The position numbers and the translations under genes were made by a program. DNA of 64,000 bases from Octopus vulgaris (Eukaryota): contig OX597816.1 of assembly GCA_951406725.2 (NCBI GenBank), positions 151,838,001-151,902,000 of the forward strand, given 5' to 3'. Shown one piece after another: positions 53,881 to 64,000 of this stretch. The notes under the pieces are model-generated. The model saw only the letters and a program-made list of their open reading frames with translations, was not told where the DNA came from and made no database searches. The stretch's first letter is position 1; every line of letters starts with the position of its first letter.

Positions 53881-55680
53881 ATATAAGATGGTTTGTTGCC
53901 AAAACAAAGCAGTTCTCTTCACTGATAGATGAATTCCTGTATGCTGATGACATCTTTGCTCACTCCTAGAGTGATATGCAGCATCTTATAGACTCCTTCA
54001 CAACAGCATGCAGTGCATTTGGTCTAACAGTCAGCTTGAAAATATAAAATCAGCCATAATGTATCGACCTGTGCCAGGTGAAGCCTACACTGAGCTAATC
54101 ATTTATGTGTCTGGACAGAAATTGTAGGTTATGGATTAAATCATATCTTTAAGCAGTAGTGTGTAGTGACGTCATATTCCAGTGTGTGCACACGCAACGT
54201 CATTCTTCAGTGTGCGTGTACAGAACGTATTCTTCAGTGTGCGTGTGCAGAACGTCCTTCTTCAGTGTGTGTGTGCGGGGTGGGAACCTTCTGGAAAGGC
54301 ATAAGGAAGTTCCCTCATGCACATGCGCTAGATACTGGGGAAGAAATTCTATCGCATTCCTTAATAGCGTTGTAGACTTGAGACACGGCGACAGAAGAGA
54401 AAGGACGTATTTTTAAACGTATAATCAGCCTATTCTCCTGTCCTAGATGCTTAGGATTTGACCTGTTCTGTTGCTGCTGAATTGTTGTAAGAATCTTACA
54501 AACGTTAGAATTCAGCCTTGCTGTGTTGAACTAGGTGGATACCAGTATACCATCATGCTTCATTTGTGAATAAGAGAATAAAGAATCGTATATATTTTTA
54601 AAGTTGCGTTTTGTTACTGACTGGTATTTTCTAGAAACAAAAAAGAAAGGAAATTGTGTTGCACCCAAGTTGCACCCGAAAAGTGTAAAGAAGCAACCAG
54701 TTCCCTTTACAGTGGTGACCCCGACGTGATGGTCACGCAGCTTCTGACTCCATATGAGTTCCCTTTACAAGTGTGATGAAATCTATCTCCTAATCAAGAA
54801 ATCCAGTGATGAATAGATGTTTATGGTCTCAGCATGAAATTTCAAGTGAGACAAAGTTGAAGGTCTACATTGCTTTTGTTTTGTCTTTGTTGCTATATGC
54901 ATGTAAGACCTGGATTACTTATTGGAGATGAGAGAAAAAGCTGAAGTGATTTCAGTGATAATCTTCACCAATACTGGGTATCCGACTGCAAATGTATGCA
55001 AGTAATGTTGATATGCTCGAATGCAGTCTATCAACCAATATAGAGTCTCTAGTACTTCAGTACTGATTACAATGGTGTGATCATATGGTCAGGATGGAAG
55101 ATGGTCATATCTAAGCAATTTCTGTATGGTGAATTAGCCTAGGGTAAAAGACCCTTGCACAAACCAAAACTAAGGTATAAGAGCTGCATCAAGAATACAC
55201 TGGAGGAGGCCAAAATCTTTGAAAATGGATGGGTGAACCTTGCTCCAGATCGTTCACCTTGAAGGAAAGCAATGCATGAAGGGAGGTGAGGATTCAAAGA
55301 AAATCACATCAAACATGAACAGTTTAAAAGAGATGTTGTGAGGGTCTTAATGTAATTTTAGTTGAGTATGTTGGCACATAGCATAATTTAATAGATGCCA
55401 AGAGTGAGAGTATCTGTCTAAATAACGTAGGCCTTAGAAGTCATCAGAGAAGCCACACACACATAGGAAAGTTATTAAGTATGTACTTGCAACATCTCTA
55501 CTTGCAGGGAGTGTGGAGAAAAAATATGCATCAGGAGGCAGACTGAAACATCATATGAAGTTTCATTATTGCAACACTGACTGCAAGAGGCACCCATAAT
55601 TGTTACATCTGTACAAAAGAGTGCAAGTCGTTAGCAGAACTGAAAATTCACATCTGTGCTGCTCATGTTTAAGAGAATAA
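53880..55680 (+). mobile_element. Decayed RTE-like LINE ending in three C2H2 zinc fingers
   Basis: LYADD, AFGLTVSL and LYGELA.GKRP...KPKLRYK, followed by three C2H2-like motifs at ~55395-55671. Interrupted by an LTR element. Confidence 0.78.
54162..54769 (+). mobile_element. Internally deleted Gypsy-type LTR retrotransposon: 550-bp LTR, tRNA-Trp PBS, 13-bp stub of the 3' LTR
   Basis: LTR TGTAGTG...CTTTACA at 54162-54711 with AATAAA. PBS TGGTGACCCCGACGTGAT at 54713-54730. AGTTCCCTTTACA is repeated at 54757-54769. 4-bp TSD AGTG. Confidence 0.88.
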
Positions 55681-56296
55681 TCAAGCAATGACATTAATTT
55701 AAACTGAGTTGTAGTCACTGAAGTTCCAGGTTAATTTAGGAGAGAATACAATCAGAGATGGGAAATAGAGGCTTTTAGAAAGACTAACAGTAAAGAACGA
55801 TTTCCAGTAAAGGTGATGGGGGTAGGATTGGTTGGGTGCATCATGACTGGAGAAAACAATTGCTCAAGAAAACAATTGCTAAACATGGATTAGAGTAAGA
55901 AAAGAGAAAGAAGAAAAAATAGCATGGCACAAATGGCGAATTGAAGACATTAAAATATAAATAAGGCAGCACAGGGGCAATGAATGAATGTGACAAAATT
56001 AAAGAGAGAGGTAAAAACAGAATCTGATGCTTATCTTAGCATGATTTTCATTTATTGTACAAGGAGTCTGAAAGTACCTTCTTGTCCTGACGTTGCATAA
56101 AATTTGTAAATGAGTGCTGCCATCATACAAGCAACATCATTCATTTCCAGTCTTCTATGGAAACATCTCTAGTCATGAGGAAATATTACCTTGCTTGGAA
56201 ACAGATGTGGGTTGGCTAGGAAAGGTATCCAGTCATAGAAAATCTGCTTCAATGAATTCCATTTCACCCATGCAAGCAGACGTTAAAATGATGATG

Positions 56297-56391
<95 letters not shown>

Positions 56392-56468
56392 ACACACGCA
56401 CATCATTATTATCATAAGTTTAACGTCTATGTTCCATGCTGGCATGGTATATATATATATATATATAT

Positions 56469-56810
56469 ATAATCAAAATAAGCAACAAGGATATCCAAAG
56501 GTAATGCAGTACGATCGTTTCATGCGACTCCATTTAATTAAACAATGCAAGTATTACAACAGTTCTAATCTTTTCAATTTAACTAAATTCTATATTTTTA
56601 TGCAGCTGAAGATTGCTCTACATTTTAAAACTGATGTAATATTTGCATTGTTCAATTAAATGGAGTCACAGGAAACGATCATACTGCATTACCTTTGGAT
56701 ATCCTTGTTGCTTATTTTGATTATAATCACTCCATTTTGAATTATATGGATAATACCATACCAAATTCTGGTGCCTTTAACTTAAGTACCATATTCATCT
56801 GAATCTCTCT
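56469..56810. mobile_element. Fold-back pLTR-like element with ~96-bp arms and a degenerate hammerhead
   Basis: 56469-56564 is the reverse complement of 56629-56724. CTGAAGA...AAAACTGATGTA at 56606-56638. Confidence 0.75.
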
Positions 56811-57105
56811 CTATATATATATATAAAACAGTTACAGAAATCTATTGCAGGTTTCTGCCTGGTCGGCTCCTGTCAAATCGTCTCACCCATGCCAGCATGG
56901 AAGGCAGACATTAAATAATGATGATGATGATATACTTCGGATATATGTTACACTGATGATATATATATATAGGCAAGTCAAATGTTAAATTTTGTTTTCG
57001 GATATAATTATTTTCATCATGCAAGGCTAGTAATAGAAGAGACAATTAAGCTGACTGTGTGGGAGGTGGTACATACACATACTCATACATTCAGAAACAC
57101 ACACA

Positions 57106-57158
<53 letters not shown>

Positions 57159-57179
57159 GCAAACACACACACACACATG

Positions 57180-57210
<31 letters not shown>

Positions 57211-58050
57211 GCACATGCGCGCGCACACACACACACACACACACACAGAGCTGATGGATGAGGTATTGTGGACGCCAAAGGAGAGGTAAGTTGAATCTAA
57301 ACAAAGAATTGCAGAAAAGAGTGACAATCAATTGATGAATGAGGTATTTACTGATCAAATTTTGGCATCTTTATTTCATCTGAACATATTTAACTGTTAT
57401 TTTTGTATTAATAATCAATACATTTTATGTATTATTTCAATGACATATTTTCACTTTGCCAACTTAAGACAGTGAATTATAAAGAAGGCAGACAGGAAAA
57501 CACAGCAAAAGTAGTTAAGACAACCAATTCAGATTCATAGCATCTTTGAGAGACCTAGCTGAGATCATTAACAAAAGTTTTCACTGCATTACTGAATGCC
57601 AATTGCTAAAAACATATCTCACTCATCTTAGTTTAGAGATTTTTATCTGGTCTGATAGGGAGGGAAAATCCTAGAGCTAAGAAACCTATTAAGCAACTAG
57701 CACGTGCATATGAGGAAACTGAAATTCTTGTTATGATTAGATCTGCTATGGTATTTTCTTTGATCTTTTGCTTGTTTCAGTCATGGCACACGGTCATACT
57801 GGAGCACTGTCTTGAAGGGTTTATATTGAAGAAATTGACATTAGTTACTTGTTTTAAAAGTTTGGTATTTATTCTAGTGGTTCCTTTTGCTGAATCTCAA
57901 ATTTATGGGTACATTAACAAGCCAATACCAGTTGTCAAAGTGTGGGGCACAGGACAAACACAAAGACACACACACACATACATAATGAGGTTCCACATGT
58001 GTATGTATATATATGTGTGTGTATATATATATATATATGTAAAACTGAGA

Positions 58051-58089
<39 letters not shown>

Positions 58090-58281
58090 TGTCTGTCTGT
58101 CTGTTTATGTGTCTGTATGTGTGCATCACTAAAACTGGAGAACTACCCAACCAATTTCATTCAAATTTTATATATGCTTTACTTAGGGTCCATAGAGTGT
58201 CATGCCCTCCCCCCCACAAAGTTTCCACTTCTTGCCTAATGTGAGCCCAGAGAAATCTCTTATCTCTTACACCGTTTTGGT

Positions 58282-58667
58282 TGTTGGAAGCACTCCGTCG
58301 GTTACGACGACGGGGGTTCCGGTTGATCCAAATCAACGGAACAGCCTGCTCATGAAATTAACGTGTAAGTGGCTGAGCACTCCACAGACACGTGTACCCT
58401 TAACGTAGTTCTTGGGGATATTCAGCGTGACACAGAGACTAACAAGGCCGGCCCTTTGAAATACAGGTACAACAGAAACAGAAAGTAAGAGAGAGAGAGA
58501 GTTGTGGTGAAAGAGTACAGCAGGGATCACCACCATCCCCTGCCGGAGCCTTGTGAAGCTTTAGGTGTTTTCGCTCAATAAACACTCACAACGCCCGGTC
58601 TGAGAATCGAAACCGTGATCCTATGACCGCGAGTCCACTACCCTAACCACTGGGCCATTGCACCTCC
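58282..58667 (-). mobile_element. tRNA-derived SINE, full length, with TSD
   Basis: ACACCGTTTTGGT (58269-58281) / ACACTGTTTTGGT (58668-58680). Head as at 1474-1543. Confidence 0.85.
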
Positions 58668-59009
58668 ACACTGTTTTGGTATTACGTGTCAAAAGTGAAA
58701 CAATAACATCTCTATCGTAATGTGATATAATAGTTTCAGTATTATATGGTTTCAATTTCAATTACTTTCACTGTGTATATATATATACTAGTTCCATTTC
58801 TATTAGTTTCTTTATGTATTTATATACATTATATATATATATATATATAGGCGTGGGCGTAGCTGTGTGTTAAGAAACTTGCTTCCCAACCACATGGTTC
58901 CAGGTTGAGTCCCACTACATGGCACCTTGGGCAAGTGTCTTCTACTAGACCCTTGGGCCGACCAAAGCTATGTCAGTGGATTTGGTTCATGGAAACTGAA
59001 AGAAGTCTG

Positions 59010-59071
<62 letters not shown>

Positions 59072-59339
59072 GTGTGTGTATTTGTATCTGTGTTTGTTCC
59101 CTTCCATCATTGCTTAGAAACTGATGTTCATGTGTTTACGTCCCCTGTTATTGGTTCAGTAGAAGATATCAATAGAATAAGCATCAAGCTTACAAAGAAT
59201 AAGTCCAGGGCTTGATTTCTTCAACTAAAAGGGGGTGCTCCAGTATAGCCACACTCAAATGACTGAAACAAGTAACAGAGTAAAAGAGTAATATATATAT
59301 ATATATATAATGTCATCAAACATTCTACATAGAAAATCT

Positions 59340-59670
59340 TTGCAAATGATTCCAAACTTCAGAAAGCCATAAACGGCATGGGAGACTAAACATGCCTTCA
59401 GTCAGATCTATTTGCTATTGTCCAATGGGTGGAAAAAAACAATATGCTTTTCCCTTGGGTAACTCCCTAGTGTCATCCAACAACACCAGAGACCTTGGAG
59501 TAATTGTTGATAACAATCTAAGCTGAAGTTCCCACGTAAACAGCAAGGTTGACTTGGCCTGCAGGATGTGCTCCTGGAATCTTAGAACTTTCTGGTCAAG
59601 AGATGCCTACACCATCATCCTTTCCTACTCTACTTTTGCCTGATCCCACCTTGAATACTGTTGCCCACTG
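59340..59670 (+). mobile_element. CR1-like LINE fragment
   Basis: TRDLGVIVDNNLS.SSHV...SHLEYCCPL. Confidence 0.75.
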
Positions 59671-60509
59671 TTTTTATATATTTTTGTTACAGTGAGTGAT
59701 TTAAAATATAACTGATTTCAATGTATCCATCTTATCAAATATTAGAAAGAATTTTTGGGCAAGTCCGAGTGAAAAAAAAGAAAAACCAAATTGGGGGTTT
59801 AACAGTTTGTACCCATATTTTTTAGTTCTCAGTAAAATTTTGTTTTAGAGTCATTCTCTTATATATGTTTTGTCTATGTAGGTTTGAAGTGGGGTTCAAA
59901 AGTTCAAGTTTCAGGAATTCTATTGAAAAAGAAATATACAAAATGAGCTTTCACACACTTTCTGTTTATCAAATTCAATCTCAAGGCATTTGTCAATCTG
60001 AGGCTATAGCAGAAGTCATTTGCCCAAGGTGTTGAACTCAAAAAGTGTGACTGAACCTGAAAGTGAGCTGCTTAACCACAAAGCCATGCCTGTGTCCATG
60101 TTATTTCCTTTTGAACTTTGAAAAAGGCGTTTTTGATACTGAAATATCAGATCAATAATAGATATTGCTCTAAAAGAAAAAAAAAGTTACCATTTGGTCA
60201 CCTTGTTTCATAAATGACTTTTCATAGAATAATTTTCTAAGTACAATATCTATTTTTTTTTATCTATAATGATGTGAAGTAAAGATTAAAGTACATTGTA
60301 ATTGGATATGATGCCATTAATGACAGACTAATTAATTATCTACAATCTGTCATAAATAACTTATGTAACTGGTGCAGTAGAAATATTTAAAATTATTCAA
60401 AAGTTTTAAAAAAATTCTTAATGTCAACAACATGCATATACATACATACATACATACATACATACATACATACATACATACATACATACATACATACATA
60501 CATACATTG

Positions 60510-61380
60510 AGTATGGCCATTGCACGAGGCTTAACTGTTATTGGTGATTTGATCGAATGTGACTTTTTAGCCCAGCTAAAGATCTACAATGTTTTGTACA
60601 GAATTGGCAGCTAAAACCTTTACCAGGAATAGTCGGCTGTAGTTGTAACTGGGCTTCATGTACTTTTGCATGTTGTTTAAGTCCTCCCACTGAATTACAC
60701 TCCCTTCTACATACCTGACATATATGATTAGTATGGTGTGTAGCACTACCACCAATGGCCTGGTTGTCAATCATCTGTCTCGCTTTATGACTATGAAGAT
60801 GACTCTTGAGTCCAGCTTTACTGAGACAGGGTCTTGCACAGACACTGCATGTCAGAATCATAAGAAGACCCTTACCATCTGGAAGTACAACAGTGATGCC
60901 CCTCCTAACATCCCTCCTTACTTTCTCATGCACAATTCAAGATTTCTCAAAAGTAGCTGTCCAATTGTGCACAATCCTTCTCCACTTGCTACAGTCAATA
61001 GCTATTCCCTCCCATGTGTCAGGAGAGATGTAAGCATCTCTTAAGGAAGCCTTCAGCAAGTCCTTATACTTCTTTTTTGGTTTATGTGGAGGTCGTTCTC
61101 CTTTAGCTAACTCTCCATAAAAGAGTTGTTTTGGCATCCTTGAATCCTTCATCCTGATCAGATGCCCACTCCATCTGAGCCTTTGCTTTAACACTAGAAC
61201 TTCTATTCTTTCACACCGAGAGTGTTCCAATATTTCAAGATCACTGGTGCGGTCCTTCCACTTAATGCCATAGATCCATCTGAGGCACATCTGATGGAAA
61301 CGTTCCAGTTGTTTAAGGTGGTATTGATATGTGACCCACATGATGGCTGTCCACTCATGACCAAAATAGATTTCTTCAGA
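60510..61380 (-). mobile_element. RTE-like LINE 3' part with three C-terminal C2H2 zinc fingers
   Basis: LERFHQMCLR...RLRWSGHLIRMKDSRMPKQLFYGEL, then CSVCARPCLSKAGLKSHLHSH, CQVCRRECNSVGGLKQHAKVH and CQFCTKHCRSLAGLKSHIRSNH. Confidence 0.88.
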
Positions 61381-61882
61381 GTTGCATTTAAATCAATTTT
61401 AGTTGCTGGTTTGATAACAGGGACATTTTGTAGCTCCAATGAAGAAAATTCTAAATGGTATGTACATCAGAATGCTGTTCTAAATATCTCATGGTACCAA
61501 CATATAACTAACTAAGTACTTTACTATGACATCCGATATAATACAGAGACAATACAAAAGCACTGGCTGACATTTATTGGTCAATGCTGGCATAACTAGG
61601 AGGAGCTAGTTGCCAAAATTTTTCTGTGGTAACCTTCTGATGGTAAATGGGGAAGAGACAGACCAGAAAAATCTACATCAATCAATTGTTAGAAGGCATT
61701 GGATGCCCTAGCTAAGGGTCCTAAAGATGCCATGAATAACAAAGAGGAATGGAAAAAGTGTGTGAAGAATGCAGAGAAGTTCTTGATCCACAACATATTA
61801 TCATCATTACCATCATTTAATGCCCTTGTTCCATGCTGGCATGGACTGGACTAATATACACACATAATGCATACATACATAG

Positions 61883-61936
<54 letters not shown>

Positions 61937-61959
61937 TCATCATCATCATCATCACCATC

Positions 61960-62485
61960 ATCCTTTAATGTCCATTTTCCATGCTGGCATGGGTTGGCAA
62001 GCTGGAGAGTTGCACCAGGTTCTAGTCTAATTTGGCTTGGTTTCTATGGCTGGATGACCTTCACAATGCCAATCACTTTACAGTGTGTGCTAAGTGCTTT
62101 TAACGTGGCACTGGCATGAGCACTTTTGTATGGCACCAGCATGAGTGCAGGGCTTTTGCAGGCCAATTGTCTTCATCAAGGAGAGCAGTCTTAACGCTTC
62201 TGTTGTTGAGGACAGGTTTTCTTGAGTACAGTAAGGCAACAGATATCTCGGTTCTTTGTCATCTCCTCCTTAAGGTTCAGTGTCTTGATGTCACCCTTCA
62301 GTACTTTGTCCCATGACTTCCTGGGTCTCCATCTTCTATGAGTTCCATCCACTTCAGTACTTCTTTTTGGAGCTGTTGACATCCATCTGTATCTCATGAC
62401 CAAACCAGCAGTCTTCTCTCTTGCTTTCTGCATCTAATTCCTCTTATGTTTAACTTCTCTCTCAATACACCAGCACTCTGTTGCA
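61960..62485 (-). mobile_element. RTE LINE 3' fragment
   Basis: VDGTHRRWRPRKSWDKVLKGDIKTLNLKEEMTKNRD plus the shared RTE 3' UTR. Confidence 0.75.
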
Positions 62486-64000
62486 CATGTGTGTGTGTGT
62501 GTTTGTGTGTGTGTTTGTGTGTGTGTGTGCGTGTGTATGAGTGTGTGTGTGTGTGTGTGTGTGTACATATTTTTATACACAGACACAAAAATAAGTACAT
62601 AGAGTTATCCAATAGATATAATCAGAATTAAAATTGCTCTAATGCCTGCTTTCTTACACAGGCAGGGGTAGCACAGGTCTGCTGTTCATTCAAGGTGATG
62701 ATGAGGATGATAACAATGATGATGATGAAGATATGAAGGTGGAGGATGATGATGGTGACAACGATGCTGCTGCTGCTGATAATGAGGATGATTGGTGAAG
62801 TGGTGGAGTGGAAGAGGAGGACGGACAAGTAAAGAGGAGAAGCAGTTACGGAACAGTTGGCACCAAACTGAGTGATGCATCAAGCAAATTATCTCCTGAT
62901 AGGAAGTCAGTAGACAATGAAGTAATGAATCAATGAAGCACAGTGGAGAAGCAACAACAATGAGAACAACAAAAACAACAACAATAATAACAACAACAAC
63001 AACAATATGAACATTTAATGAAGTGCTGAAAATTCATCAATAGTTGATTATGAATCAACAGTGTCAACTCTTGGAATCACATAGGCTAGACAGTAACCAT
63101 CATGATTATAGTTTCATTATTTCTCTGTGTCTGCCAGTCTCTCTTTCTCTCTCTCTGCCTCTGCCCGTCACACTCTCTGTCTGTCTGTTTCTGTTTGTCT
63201 GTCTGTCTCATAAATTGTTGGGAACTTTATCAATAAAATCAAATATATTGATAGATCGTTTTGTTTTGGTTTTTGTTTTGGACAAACTGATTGATGTTGT
63301 TGTTTTGTTGTCATTACTGTCTCTGCTGCTGTTAAAACAATAATATTTCATTTTGGTTGCTGTTGCTGTTACTGTTGCTGTTTTTGTTAGTATCCTTATT
63401 GATATTTGATGTTGTTACTTACATTGGTTTTTGCTGCTCTTGTTGTTGCTGCTGCTGCTGATATTGCTCTTTCACACTAGATCAAAGATCAATTCTGATC
63501 GAGCAGACATATATGATCGCAGACTTTCCAATCATGACAAGCATGTCCATTGTTTTTCTAGATGTAGATTTAATCACTTTTATTGTTGCTGTGATGTGGG
63601 AATCTACAGCTTCTGTTTGCAGATTATTAACTCACATTAAAGCCTAAGATGAATAGTAGCTTCCAATGGGAGATGACTCAGACCATGTCAGCATGGAAAG
63701 CTAATGTAAAATGATGATGATGGTGTGGATGAAGACACATTTACAGTGCTAGTAAAGTGTTTCATTTAAGACCTTTGATCCCTAGGGATCACAGGCCATG
63801 AGTAATTTTTCTCCACTGTTCATGACTCTGGGTGTCATTAAGGTATGAACCTATCCATCTCCACATGTGTCTTAAAGGAAGGCTTTTATTTTTCTCAAGG
63901 CCTTGTTGGTTTTGAATTGTCATCAACACTTCTTTAACTTTGCTTTTTCTTGGTAGGGATGTTGACTCTATGCAAACCCATTTTTACTTCCAGGAAGAGG

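Noticed and set aside
60538-60933. Host C2H2 zinc-finger gene
   Set aside because: It is contiguous and in frame with an RTE reverse-transcriptase C-terminus across a single stop, has no TGEKP linkers, and a second decayed copy has the same layout.

Overview
Eukaryotic, AT-rich DNA dense in microsatellites and transposons. The repeat families point to an octopus or other coleoid cephalopod (inference). Most ORFs in the supplied track are microsatellite artefacts. The only host gene I can support is a minus-strand synaptotagmin of the Syt3/6/9/10 type: three C2B-domain exons (29798-29918, 19828-19999, 19493-19727) that splice in frame. I found no upstream C2A exon, so the next intron may exceed 34 kb. 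The rest is a mosaic of mobile elements: Penelope-like elements (PLEs), R4/Dong, RTE and CR1 LINEs, tRNA-derived SINEs, mariner, Academ, hAT and piggyBac MITEs, and a deleted Gypsy element. The main unexplained signal is about 13 type I hammerhead-ribozyme motifs, intact or degenerate, from several unrelated small elements, many of them fold-backs. Most have a palindromic stem III. Stem II ranges from a 3-bp hairpin to a ~105-nt arm, and one family carries a compensatory G3-C8 swap of the catalytic core. Several long inverted repeats (potential ADAR substrates) lie inside the synaptotagmin introns. All alignments and folds were done by eye.
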